DNA of 28,286 bases. It comes from an uncultured Pseudomonadales bacterium (GTDB lineage Bacteria; Pseudomonadota; Gammaproteobacteria; Pseudomonadales; Pseudohongiellaceae). The position numbers were made by a program, and so were the translations under genes. This document shows positions 1 through 9,547 of the stretch, piece after piece. The notes beneath the pieces were generated by a model. That model saw nothing but the letters and a program-made list of their open reading frames with translations. It searched no databases and was not told where the DNA came from. Numbering within the stretch: the first letter of the stretch is position 1; each line of letters opens with the position of its first letter. Location: NCBI GenBank assembly GCA_938082955.1, contig CALKDE010000267.1:1-28286 (forward strand). The letters are read 5' to 3'.

Positions 1-118
1 TCTTGCCGGCCTTGCTCATTGCAACAGCTACTGCCTGGCGCTTGGGTCGACCAGCTTTCATTTCTGTCTTAATGTTACTTGATATAACTTTTTTGGATTT
101 GCCTTTCTTTAACGGCAT
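1..118 (-). CDS. Small basic phage protein, runs off the window edge
   Basis: Read manually: MPLKKGKSKKVISSNIKTEMKAGRPKRQAVAVAMSKAGK..., GGAG SD 8 nt upstream; resembles a common small phage family starting MPLKKG. Confidence 0.7.
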   Translation of the reverse strand, partial: MPLKKGKSKKVISSNIKTEMKAGRPKRQAVAVAMSKAGK

Positions 119-270
119 TATTTGTTCTCCATTATGATTGCCATAGTGTAATCCTTTAAGGCATCAGTTATACTTAATATACAGGCAAGATTAAGCTTGT
201 TTTTCAAGTCTTGCAATGGGTTGTCGGTTACGTCTTTTGGCGGCTGGTTCAACCAGCCCATTGCAAGCAC
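118..270 (-). CDS. Hypothetical 50-aa protein
   Basis: Read manually; GTG start overlaps the TAG of the 878-aa gene and its TAA overlaps the next ATG (TAATG); no recognisable motif. Confidence 0.35.
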   Translation of the reverse strand: MLAMGWLNQPPKDVTDNPLQDLKNKLNLACILSITDALKDYTMAIIMENK

Positions 271-2906
271 TAAATATCAGGCGCTCTGTTCCTATCTTCC
301 CTTAATGCTGCTGTAGTGCCTAGAAGCCCTGCTGTAGCCAATCCATACAAGGGGTGAGTAGCATTAACAAGGCTGTCTCGGACGATATCATCTGGGCTCT
401 TGCCAGTGACCCGCGCTGTTCTCTCGATTGCCTCATTAACGTGCTCGATCATCGGCTTGCCGTCAGTACCTTTAGAGCCAGCCCATGCCACATCTTGGAA
501 GTTCATAGGGTCTACACCTATTTCAGCAGCAACCTCGTCTAAGGTCTGCTCCATGATTCCATACCACCCCTTCTTGGGCGCGTTCAGCTTGGGGTCGTAG
601 AGGTGAGACATCTGCTCATCGATAGTGGCTCGGCTTGAGTCACCCAAAAAGTTGGCAGCAAAATTAAACCGCTTGGGAGATACGGATGCACTTAGCTCTG
701 CGTCTGTGTTGGCAAACTTGTTTGCCATCTTCATGTTGCCACCGATATACCTGCCGCCTTGTGGGTGAGGGATGTCAGTTGAGAGAACGGGGAAGTCAGT
801 AACTCCCTGAACCTCCAGGTAATTGGTATAGGCTGCTGTCAGCAGGTTGGCAGTGGGATCCGCTCCACCAGTGGTCGCCGCCATAGACTCAGCGAACCGC
901 TTTCTAAACATTGCGCGGCCCTCAGTCTCTCCCAGCTCATCAATAAAAGCCTTTTCGAGTTGTCCCATTGAATACCAGTTTCGAGCCATCTCCGAATCGC
1001 CCTTCTCGTATGCCTCCCGCAGCCTAGTCTTGATGTCTTTGGTGTTTAGCAGTTCGGTATGCTCATCAATCTTAGCCTGTGTTTTGTAAACGGAGTCAGT
1101 GAGCGTGTTTCCCTGGATGTCATAGTTACTGGGGTCTACATCAAACCTCTCATTAAGAGGGAAAAACGGGTCATAGTTGCCGGCCTTGATGTCATCTTGG
1201 GCCGCATTGCGAGCCTGTTGAACCGCTCTCTCTTCTGGGGATAAGTCCTTGCTTACAAAATAGTTAGGCTTGCCATCCTCTCCTATTAAATTCCCATCTT
1301 CTGCCCTGTTGTTCTTCACCCCCATGTTTCCAATACCTCTTTCTTGCGGGTATCTATTAGCTATTTCTGCTGGATCGTAGGTGTTTTCTGGCTTAGGTAG
1401 ATTCCCTTCTCTGTAGAGCCTATACCTCTCTGCAGCAGAAGCGCCAGGGTTGCCACCCCCACCCATCATCTCACTCACCGCAGCCTCTCGCTGCACTGGG
1501 GTCAGCACCTCACCGTTGCGAGTCTTTATGTCTATTAGAGAGTCATCAAATATGACAAAGTTGCGGGTCGATGGCGTGAGTGTATCCCTGAGCTGTTGCT
1601 CATACGCCGCTTTGTTTTTGGGAGTATCATGGTATCCGCGCATTGTGTCAGCTATTACTGCCTCCACATCATTGCCATGCTTATCCATTAATCTTTGCAG
1701 CTTGGTGTCTACAACGCTTTTCGGTCTGCTAGAGCCGTCTAGGTAGCGTATGCCGGGGATGCCCTTCTCATTTAAAAATTTCGAGGCTTCTTCTGCACTG
1801 GTAAAATAATCACCCAAATTGTCATAAGCCTGTGCGCCAGTGTAATCAGCCCATGACTCTTGTGGGGTTAGCCATTTATCTCCCCTGCCGCTGGATACAG
1901 CCAGTTCATCCAACAAGTCTTGCATTTTTTTATTGACCGGAGCATCCCAATCAAGAAGGTCGTCGGGGGATACCTTTAGGTCTACGTTGTAGAGGGTTGG
2001 CTCGACAGGCATCACCATTCTGTCCGTGGCTTTGATTACCTCTGGGTCTTGTGCCGCCTTTAATATTCCCTGTATATCAACACCGTCAGGCTGTTCAAGG
2101 GTATAACCTCCCTCGTCAATCTCTTTAACCATGAAATCGTAAAGACTTTCTTTTTTGGGGTCGTAGCCGCCCTCATAGGCCCAATTGACCATGTATTCAG
2201 AGTTTTGGAAGTCTGTATGAGGGGAAACTGCGCGATTCACATCATCCATAGCGCCCTGATAAGCATTCATGTCATCGCCAAGAACTTTGGCATAATTCTC
2301 AGAGACACTTTTATTCTCAGCAAAGTACAGACCATGACCATAAGCCTGTGCGCCCTCGCCTGTGCCTATCCGACTCATTGAGAAGGCATCGAACTTGTGC
2401 GGGGAGCCATGCCAAGCGTCAATGTTTTTGCGGATAATAGGCAGCATTGCAGCCATTGAGGGGGAGATTGATACCGCCCCACCCGCAACACCCGCGCTAC
2501 TCATCATGGCATTAAACCAAGTCCTAGACTCAGGATCGGTTATGTACATCTCTATGTCAGCAGCAAGGCCAGTAATGTCACCAAGGCCATTAACGCCCAT
2601 AGTGAGGAATGCCGCTTTTTGGGTAGGAGTCAGACCCTGAGTTACCATGTCTGTAAAATTGCGAACTTCTTGAAACTTGTTATCTAGTGCAGCCTTGAGC
2701 TGGGCTGGATTGTTTAGCTCACCCTCATCGTTTATTGCAACATCTGCAATCTGGTTGCCAATTCCAGAAAGAACTCCCTGCACCCTGTCATCAAAGGCGT
2801 TCTGTTTATTAACGCGAGATTGAATCCCTGCTGTAGCTTGTGGCTGGCTTTGTTGCGCGATACGCATTAAGCCCATACCTTTGATGTTAACCAGAACATC
2901 AGGCAC
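270..2906 (-). CDS. Large multidomain (polyvalent-type) protein: ADP-ribosyltransferase-like domain plus C-terminal HhH-GPD/Ogg-like domain
   Basis: HGSPHKFDAF...GTGEGAQAYGHGLYFAE, LYNV...LLDWD, GIPGIRYLD, NFVIFDD (ART-like); K-x17-D in PKRFNFAANFLGDSSRATID followed by YGIMEQ..AAEIG...QDVAW; GTG start overlaps the portal stop, GGAG upstream. Confidence 0.7.
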   Translation of the reverse strand: MPDVLVNIKGMGLMRIAQQSQPQATAGIQSRVNKQNAFDDRVQGVLSGIGNQIADVAINDEGELNNPAQLKAALDNKFQEVRNFTDMVTQGLTPTQKAAFLTMGVNGLGDITGLAADIEMYITDPESRTWFNAMMSSAGVAGGAVSISPSMAAMLPIIRKNIDAWHGSPHKFDAFSMSRIGTGEGAQAYGHGLYFAENKSVSENYAKVLGDDMNAYQGAMDDVNRAVSPHTDFQNSEYMVNWAYEGGYDPKKESLYDFMVKEIDEGGYTLEQPDGVDIQGILKAAQDPEVIKATDRMVMPVEPTLYNVDLKVSPDDLLDWDAPVNKKMQDLLDELAVSSGRGDKWLTPQESWADYTGAQAYDNLGDYFTSAEEASKFLNEKGIPGIRYLDGSSRPKSVVDTKLQRLMDKHGNDVEAVIADTMRGYHDTPKNKAAYEQQLRDTLTPSTRNFVIFDDSLIDIKTRNGEVLTPVQREAAVSEMMGGGGNPGASAAERYRLYREGNLPKPENTYDPAEIANRYPQERGIGNMGVKNNRAEDGNLIGEDGKPNYFVSKDLSPEERAVQQARNAAQDDIKAGNYDPFFPLNERFDVDPSNYDIQGNTLTDSVYKTQAKIDEHTELLNTKDIKTRLREAYEKGDSEMARNWYSMGQLEKAFIDELGETEGRAMFRKRFAESMAATTGGADPTANLLTAAYTNYLEVQGVTDFPVLSTDIPHPQGGRYIGGNMKMANKFANTDAELSASVSPKRFNFAANFLGDSSRATIDEQMSHLYDPKLNAPKKGWYGIMEQTLDEVAAEIGVDPMNFQDVAWAGSKGTDGKPMIEHVNEAIERTARVTGKSPDDIVRDSLVNATHPLYGLATAGLLGTTAALREDRNRAPDI

Positions 2907-5091
2907 TTCGGGACAACTCCCCTGTCATTGGGTCATATTCAAAGGTTGGTTCTTGTCGAACAGGGGCAGGTTTTGATCTAGACCTAAATCTATCGCCCAT
3001 CTTCTCCATCGTGTCTGCTTTGACATCCATCGTCTTCGCCTGGGTGAACTCGATGTTAACGCCAGCCTCGGCAGCATCAACCTCTACTGAATTGCGATCA
3101 GTCTCAGCCCTAAAGGCATCAATCTGGAGCTTGCCCTGGTCGTTCTGAGCCCTGGCCTGATCACTCATGCTCATACGCTGTTCGCGCATCATCTGAGCCT
3201 CTGCCTTGCCCTGCTCTGCCATCGCCAGGACCATAGCCGGATCAGGTTCCTGCTCCTTATTGGCCGCCTGCTCCATAAAGGCAATATCCTCATCAGTTGT
3301 GGGCTCCTTAAATCCACCCAACAGTAACTGCTTGTTGCCGTAGTCACGGATGTCATCAAGGTCCACACCATCGATCAGCATCAGACCCTTCAACGAGAGG
3401 GCTCTGTGCATCTGTGGATCCGTAGCGGCAAACTGATTAGCCAATTCGCGCAATTCAACTCGCGTCTTTTCTTTTTTACTCGTGTACGAATGCCCAACTT
3501 CAGCAAACACCTCGAACTCTTGGTTGGTCAGGTCATTCAGGACAACTAACTCACCGGACTCCTTGTCCAAGATTGTCTCCATTATCTCTACTGACTCGCG
3601 TTCACCATCTGGTCTGGTGACTGTCACCTTCCGCGGTGAGTCGAAGATAATCGATGACATGCCTGCATAGATCACAGCATCCCATCGCTTGGCGAATTTT
3701 AGATTCTGCTGATAGACAACCGACTGCATGTCAAACTCGGCCCTCATCTGCTCCATCGCATAGCCCGACATCGCTGGGTCAGCAAAATTGTCAGGAAGGC
3801 CTGGGTCAGCTACATCCTTCACAGCTTCTCTGGTCTCTGCCGCTAGATCGCGCATCCCTTGAGGTAGGTCTGCCGTAGGCATCATCCCTGCCGGACCCAT
3901 AGGCAGATCAGCGCCAGAGGCATCCTTACGCTGCTGCAGATAATACGGGTAGTTGTTGTCGGCGCCAGTCTCCTCGTACATAGACTCGAACCCAGCAATC
4001 TGCTCAGGAAAGAATATAGGCTTAGGACGAGGCGATCGGCTAACAATGTCAGCCAGATAGGACAGCATAAAGTTTCTGAGACGCTGTGGATCCTTGGCAA
4101 GACGGACAACGCCCTCCCAAATTTCCTCGCCCTCTACGAATGTGTGCTCCCCGTAGGTGTGGACAACCGGAATGTGAGTGCCTGGAACGTCCTCTACCTT
4201 CAGAATCTCCTCACCGGATGCAATGTACCGCTTAACCTGCCATCTCTTAATAGACTTCTCAGAGACTATCTCGTAGCCCTGCTCGATGAGCTCGTCCATG
4301 ATCGACACATCAGAGTTCTCTCCGGCCTTCATCAGATCAGACTCGCGCAGCAGTAGCTCTTGGCCCATCGGGTCAGCGAATGTCAGAACCTTGTCTTTGA
4401 TCTTAGTGCGATGATAGAAGCGAACAATGTAGAACAACTGGTTCTGGCCGGAGATCCACGGAAAGGTGTAGCTCTGCTCTGGACTGGAAAAATTAGCTGG
4501 GGCGCCGGTAGTAGTATTTCCAGTTAACTCCTCGTAGAGCTCTTGATATCCATCCTTAGTGAATGGCTCAAGGATGCTCCAATTACGAGCATCAGACTTG
4601 TCCAGGCTCTTCGCGTTCGCGTCAGGGAAGCTGTTGTTATTAGCCTCGTAGATTGGCCTGCGGCGAATAACCTGATTCCGGTCACCTGCATTGTTCGTCT
4701 GGTACTCAGTAAATAGCTCCCACCCGCCGACTCCACAATCCACGCATTCTAGTGCCGCATTATCATAAGACTCTAGTGTGCTGTTGCGTCTGTCTTCGGT
4801 TAGATAGAGGCCATCAATGAGCTCTGCCCCATCATCGCGCTCGTCATCAAGCGGGACAAAGTCTATCTGGATAGGGTTAGACCTGAGATCCGCGATAATC
4901 TTTCGGGTAGCCTTGCGAATAAGGTTGAACTCGCCGCGATACTGAAGTTGGCTATCGCTTAATAAACCATCGTCCCATTGACTAACACGAGAAAATACGC
5001 GGTCATCAGCAGCTCGTTCACGGGTAACTTGATTTGCCTGAAAGTTTTGATCATGCAGGCGCTTCAACTCTTCAAGAGTAAGATCGGCCAT
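2899..5091 (-). CDS. Portal protein, P22 gp1 family
   Basis: FSRVSQWDD, LQYRG(E)F, NQVIRRRPI, LDKSDAR, EGVVRLAKDPQRLRN, FPEQIAGFESMY match P22 portal segments; 730 aa. Confidence 0.95.
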   Translation of the reverse strand: MADLTLEELKRLHDQNFQANQVTRERAADDRVFSRVSQWDDGLLSDSQLQYRGEFNLIRKATRKIIADLRSNPIQIDFVPLDDERDDGAELIDGLYLTEDRRNSTLESYDNAALECVDCGVGGWELFTEYQTNNAGDRNQVIRRRPIYEANNNSFPDANAKSLDKSDARNWSILEPFTKDGYQELYEELTGNTTTGAPANFSSPEQSYTFPWISGQNQLFYIVRFYHRTKIKDKVLTFADPMGQELLLRESDLMKAGENSDVSIMDELIEQGYEIVSEKSIKRWQVKRYIASGEEILKVEDVPGTHIPVVHTYGEHTFVEGEEIWEGVVRLAKDPQRLRNFMLSYLADIVSRSPRPKPIFFPEQIAGFESMYEETGADNNYPYYLQQRKDASGADLPMGPAGMMPTADLPQGMRDLAAETREAVKDVADPGLPDNFADPAMSGYAMEQMRAEFDMQSVVYQQNLKFAKRWDAVIYAGMSSIIFDSPRKVTVTRPDGERESVEIMETILDKESGELVVLNDLTNQEFEVFAEVGHSYTSKKEKTRVELRELANQFAATDPQMHRALSLKGLMLIDGVDLDDIRDYGNKQLLLGGFKEPTTDEDIAFMEQAANKEQEPDPAMVLAMAEQGKAEAQMMREQRMSMSDQARAQNDQGKLQIDAFRAETDRNSVEVDAAEAGVNIEFTQAKTMDVKADTMEKMGDRFRSRSKPAPVRQEPTFEYDPMTGELSRSA

Positions 5092-5103
5092 CAGAATATT
5101 CTC

Positions 5104-5430
5104 TTATTGTACGACTGGGTTGGTGGTTTCCCAATTGGAGACAGTTGTGCTAACCCGATTCTGCTTCAATCGAACTGTGTAATCAGCAGTGCCGCCAGTG
5201 GCAGTGATCCTGACGTTCTCAACATTCTCCAGAAAAACATTCAGAGATTCAGTGGTGAGAATAGTCTGCTGAATATAGCCGCCGTTGTATTCCTGAGTCT
5301 CAACAGTCACAGGGAAAGTACCCTCTACTGTGATCTGAAAACCATCGTCTTGAGGCTGCATGTTTACTGGAAGAACTAGAGCCACACCATCAGCCGCAGT
5401 TCCAAAAAAATCAATCACTCTATTTGTCAT
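5104..5430 (-). CDS. Hypothetical beta-rich 108-aa protein, possibly virion-associated
   Basis: Clean ORF with GAGGGG SD between propeller and portal genes; alternating hydrophobic strand pattern. Confidence 0.6.
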   Translation of the reverse strand: MTNRVIDFFGTAADGVALVLPVNMQPQDDGFQITVEGTFPVTVETQEYNGGYIQQTILTTESLNVFLENVENVRITATGGTADYTVRLKQNRVSTTVSNWETTNPVVQ

Positions 5431-5466
5431 GGGGTATCCCCTCAGTTATATATGATATTTGTTAAA

Positions 5467-6561
5467 TTAAGGTACAGGCTTCGTACTGGGATAATAAACA
5501 TTCAGCCATGGAGTAATGTTTTCAACTATCGCCAGAGAGTTATCAACGCCTGAGAATGATGCTCCAAACCCTGTTCCGGATGGTATGATTGCAGGGTCAG
5601 CCAGCTTAACCAGCGCCCCAGAACCGAAGTCATAAACTGCCATCCACGGTGTGTTGGAATGCGCTACAGCTAAGTATCTATTATCCAGAGACCATCCAAC
5701 TCCTCTGCCTGTGCTTGCTGGAAGTGAAACAGGGTCAGCAACCTTAGTGAAGACGTCACCGCTTCTGGAGTAGACAGTTATAAACGGGGTTGTAGTATGA
5801 GCGACAGCAAGAAGCGTACCATCTGGAGACCAAGCAACCGCATTGCCAGTGCCTGCCGGGAGAGATGCTGGGTTGGCAAGTTTGACAAATGAATCCCCGG
5901 TTCGCTTGTAGATGCTCACGAATGGCGAGACGCTGTGACTAATGGCTAGATAAATTCCATCAGGGCTAAAAGCTGTACCCGAACAGTTGCCAGTTGGAAT
6001 TGTTGCCGGATTAGTGAGCTTGGTTAATACGTCACCAGCTCGCTTATAAATCTGCATATACGGCGATGTGGTTATATTTACAGCTGACAGATAGACACCA
6101 TCTTCTGAGAAGGAGACAGCCCTGGTTGCCCCAACAGGCAGAACCGCAGGATCGGCAATCTTAGTTAGCACATCACCGACTCTGTTATAAACCAACACAA
6201 ATGGCGTAGCGTCAGAAGCAACCGCAACACTAGACGAGTCTCCGTTCCAGCCTACTCCTCTTATTCTGGCCGTAGGCAAGGTCGCGGGATCGGCAATCTT
6301 GGTCATAGTAAAACCATCGACTTTGTATGCCGAAAAGTACGGGGTAGTATCGTGCCCTACTCCGATCAATGTGGCATCAGGTGACCAAGCAACGCCGCGA
6401 GATGTGCCTCCGGGTAACGTGGCAGGATTAGCCAGTTTCCCACCAAGCAAAGGGATCCCTGGGCTGACAGGAGCTGGCCCATCTGGTGAGCCTATAGGTG
6501 ATATCAATGCAGTCGATAAGGGCGATACAAGAACATCAGAAGAGAATCTACGGAATGTCAT
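5467..6561 (-). CDS. Seven-bladed WD40-like beta-propeller protein
   Basis: Seven ~46-aa repeats K(L/I)A(D/N)PAxLPxG...xAWSPDGxxLAVAH..TPFx.VY after a Pro/Ser-rich N-terminal arm; ATG at 6561 just after the terL stop. Confidence 0.85.
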   Translation of the reverse strand: MTFRRFSSDVLVSPLSTALISPIGSPDGPAPVSPGIPLLGGKLANPATLPGGTSRGVAWSPDATLIGVGHDTTPYFSAYKVDGFTMTKIADPATLPTARIRGVGWNGDSSSVAVASDATPFVLVYNRVGDVLTKIADPAVLPVGATRAVSFSEDGVYLSAVNITTSPYMQIYKRAGDVLTKLTNPATIPTGNCSGTAFSPDGIYLAISHSVSPFVSIYKRTGDSFVKLANPASLPAGTGNAVAWSPDGTLLAVAHTTTPFITVYSRSGDVFTKVADPVSLPASTGRGVGWSLDNRYLAVAHSNTPWMAVYDFGSGALVKLADPAIIPSGTGFGASFSGVDNSLAIVENITPWLNVYYPSTKPVP

Positions 6562-6569
6562 CAATAGGC

Positions 6570-8282
6570 CTATCGTCTGTGGATAGTTGAAATAGGAAGC
6601 GGTATATGCACGTTTGTATGATTATAAGCCGGAATGTGCCTGAATGTCTGCATTGCTGAGTCGAATAAATTTGGAGAGGTTATCCTGAACCTAGACCCCT
6701 TCATCTCCTGCTTAGTGTATAGCTCGTTCAGCCCATTACTATTGGGCTTTATGGGCAGTCGGCAGGTCTCGGCCCGTAGCTTAGGAAGTAGGGCTATATC
6801 ACTGCTAAAACTTATACACAGGTCTGGATCCGCAAACTCACCAAAAACTACCCACCGATAAGTCCTATATATTCGGTCCCTAAACTCCCAGGCGTACTGG
6901 CCCCGCTTATTTCTAAATGTGTCTTTTATTTTTTGTTGATGGTGGACGGGGTTCGCTAGGGAAGGTTTGTAGATTGAGTCAGGATTGTCGGGTGATTCTG
7001 CTGCATTGAACACAGATAGCTGAACAGCCTTGCCAGAGAAGTCCTTAGCCATCTGCTCGCCAAGGCCTGCCCCCATTCCATTGCCGTCCCATGAGAACGC
7101 ATCAACACCGTGCTCTATTGCGAGATTTGCAGCCCAGTGACCGCCCTCATTGACATCACCATCGATCTTCTCCTGAATGTCCATGACCACTGAGCCGTGC
7201 CGCATAGCGTAGCCCTTCGAGTCTGGACCTCGGTCTGATGGGTCATGACTGGCAACCTTTGCGCCTCGTGGCTCCCAGCCTAGACGGATGTGGCTATCCA
7301 CGCAGGCATCAAACCATTCGGCCATGACTAAGGCCGAGTCAACTGAGTCATTGAAATGCCCTAGCCAAACGTGATCGTACATTGCCTGGGGAAGGTTGGC
7401 CTCATCCCACAAACGCTCATCCTCAAGCCCAGATTCTCCAAACCACGGGTTGTCAGTGTAGTTCACTCTGAGGATAAGGTGCAGGGTGTCCTCAAATATG
7501 CCGTTAGCTTCAAGCTCTGACATGTAGGGCATCAGGAATCTCTTGCTGAAGGGATCTTCACTACTGCCAGGGTTCGCCACGAAATACATCTTAACTGGCG
7601 CTGTGCTTGAAAGGATGTCGCTAATCTCTTCTTTGAGCGAAGGCTCTTCGTCCTTGGGCTTGAACTGAAGCGGCAATCCTTTGTTGGGCTTGGCACGAAC
7701 AGTCGGGGTGAGTGCTCTGAGAGAGTCGGCGCTAGTTGTCTGACTTTCTTCCATCCAGAAATTAGTAAATCCGTGTGCCGATTTGATGCTGTCAGTTGAC
7801 CTGGCAAGCCCAGCAAACTCGAATGCGCCCTTTTCATTATTGCTGATCGCATGATTGAGCACCTCAAAGCCGGTAAACTCTAGCCGCTCGATCTCCTCCT
7901 TGAGCAGTGAGTGTACTGAGTTGCGAATAGAGGATTGATATTCGCGCAGGCAGTATGTCTTGTGTCCGTTGTCCCTATTGTCACCCAGAACTATGTCACC
8001 CACCCCAATAGACTTCCCAGATCCTCGTCCCCCGTACACGACATTGAATCTCTTCGTGCTAGTAACTACCCTCTCCATTATCTTCGCTAAATATATCTGG
8101 ACCTTCTCCTGGCTTTCTACCCAAGTCGCTGAACTTCTGTCGTAGACTATGGAATGCAAAAACCCTTTCTCAGGGCATACAAAGCCGTAGACTGTCGAGT
8201 CTCTAATAATACCCCTGTCCTTGAGCTCTGATGTGTATCGCAGCTCTAGCTCTGCCTCAATAAACTGTTCCTCTGCGTTCAT
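6570..8282 (-). CDS. terL: Terminase large subunit
   Basis: Walker A YGGRGSGKS, Walker B FWMEESQ, ANP coupling motif, nuclease acidic residues (HDPSD, WDGNGMG, NLFDS); start overlaps the terS stop. Confidence 0.95.
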   Translation of the reverse strand: MNAEEQFIEAELELRYTSELKDRGIIRDSTVYGFVCPEKGFLHSIVYDRSSATWVESQEKVQIYLAKIMERVVTSTKRFNVVYGGRGSGKSIGVGDIVLGDNRDNGHKTYCLREYQSSIRNSVHSLLKEEIERLEFTGFEVLNHAISNNEKGAFEFAGLARSTDSIKSAHGFTNFWMEESQTTSADSLRALTPTVRAKPNKGLPLQFKPKDEEPSLKEEISDILSSTAPVKMYFVANPGSSEDPFSKRFLMPYMSELEANGIFEDTLHLILRVNYTDNPWFGESGLEDERLWDEANLPQAMYDHVWLGHFNDSVDSALVMAEWFDACVDSHIRLGWEPRGAKVASHDPSDRGPDSKGYAMRHGSVVMDIQEKIDGDVNEGGHWAANLAIEHGVDAFSWDGNGMGAGLGEQMAKDFSGKAVQLSVFNAAESPDNPDSIYKPSLANPVHHQQKIKDTFRNKRGQYAWEFRDRIYRTYRWVVFGEFADPDLCISFSSDIALLPKLRAETCRLPIKPNSNGLNELYTKQEMKGSRFRITSPNLFDSAMQTFRHIPAYNHTNVHIPLPISTIHRR

Positions 8283-8749
8283 CAGTGGACATCTGCCTTT
8301 GTGATCGGGCTCTGTCCTCGAATCTCTCTAAGCCTCGCCTCTAGGTCTTCGGTCGGCATGTCCTTGATCTCGTTCTTGTTCGTGTTCTCGATCTTCTCTG
8401 AGTATCCGTGCTTGCCCAGTACCAGCTTAGTAATAGCTGAGTTGAACTTACCATCCACACCCTTCTGGACCAGGATAAATTCTCCCAATTCGTTTGCACG
8501 AGCCAATATGTCAATAATTGGTTGATTGTCCTCCGTGCGCCACTTGTAAAGAACCTGCCTGCTTACCCCTAAATAGATAGCCAAAGATAGTACGCTTGGG
8601 AAAGTGTGATCCTCTTGATTCTTCCACCCTCCATCGAGATAGTCTTCGGCCATTTTGACAAGCTCTGGCGTACAAAGTGTGGGCCTGCCTGGCTTTGATT
8701 TTACCTTGTTTTCAACAATTTCTATGTCATTTTTAGTAGATTTGATCAT
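8282..8749 (-). CDS. terS: Terminase small subunit
   Basis: GRPT N-terminus, HTH PSVLSLAIYLGVSRQVLYKW, G.FN..ITKL.LGKHG; directly upstream of terL. Confidence 0.88.
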   Translation of the reverse strand: MIKSTKNDIEIVENKVKSKPGRPTLCTPELVKMAEDYLDGGWKNQEDHTFPSVLSLAIYLGVSRQVLYKWRTEDNQPIIDILARANELGEFILVQKGVDGKFNSAITKLVLGKHGYSEKIENTNKNEIKDMPTEDLEARLREIRGQSPITKADVH

Positions 8750-8828
8750 TCATAACGCCCTGAAGAAGTGATTATTAGTGGAAATACCCCTAGTTTACAT
8801 ATTTCTCACATTCATTCATACAAATAGC

Positions 8829-8856
8829 TTGTTTGTCCGTACATATTAGGTATAAT
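8829..8856 (+). promoter_or_regulatory. Candidate sigma70 promoter for the plus-strand accessory cassette
   Basis: TTGTTT (8829-8834), 16 nt, TATAAT (8851-8856), in the AT-rich gap divergent from terS. Confidence 0.6.
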
Positions 8857-8889
8857 TAATACTCACTTAAACAACAAAGGGGCAGCAAA

Positions 8890-9162
8890 ATGAACAAATT
8901 AACTTACAGAATGCTTGAACTTCAATTACAAGGATTTGGATGGAAGCAAGAGTTTATCGGATTGTGGAGCAGTGATTTATTTGATTTCTACTTAGATACA
9001 AACTCTGATGTGGCTTTGGTAAGAGATTTGGATGATTCTCGAATAGAAGACTTTAATATGTTTGATGTCAGCGACTCTACTCCCATACAAGCCAAGCGCT
9101 TTGTCGATTATTTAAACAATTCAAGCACTGCCTTAGCTTATCGTTCTGACCTACCTTTTTAA
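8890..9162 (+). CDS. Hypothetical acidic 90-aa early protein
   Basis: AAAGGGG SD-like leader, Asp- and aromatic-rich, first ORF after the promoter. Confidence 0.7.
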   Translation: MNKLTYRMLELQLQGFGWKQEFIGLWSSDLFDFYLDTNSDVALVRDLDDSRIEDFNMFDVSDSTPIQAKRFVDYLNNSSTALAYRSDLPF

Positions 9163-9207
9163 TTACAAAAACAACTAGCCCCTACGGGGGCAAAGGTGAT
9201 AACTAAA

Positions 9208-9510
9208 ATGAATGATACTTTATTACAAGCTATACGAATTTACTCAGTAAAATTGGAAACCATACGGCAATCGATGCTATCTCTGCCGTTGTTTGAAAAC
9301 CCTAATCTTTCCGATACTACTGAGTGGCATAACTGGAACGACACCCATGTTCTGCAATCATTCGATGAAATTCAAACTGGACTAGAAAATATGACGCGAC
9401 TGCTTCTAGAAGAAGAACAAGAAAAAATTAGAAAAGCTCTAGAAATTGAACAAGATATAAAAGACGAGAAACAAGACTTAAAAGACCAGATTAGCTTAAA
9501 CAATGACTAA
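9208..9510 (+). CDS. Hypothetical acidic coiled-coil protein (~100 aa)
   Basis: Start moved to ATG 9208 on SD AAGGTGAT (9193-9200); E/D/K-rich helical C-terminus. Confidence 0.7.
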   Translation: MNDTLLQAIRIYSVKLETIRQSMLSLPLFENPNLSDTTEWHNWNDTHVLQSFDEIQTGLENMTRLLLEEEQEKIRKALEIEQDIKDEKQDLKDQISLNND

Positions 9511-9547
9511 ACCAACCACAGCCCTTCGGGGCATAAGGAGAAAAGAT

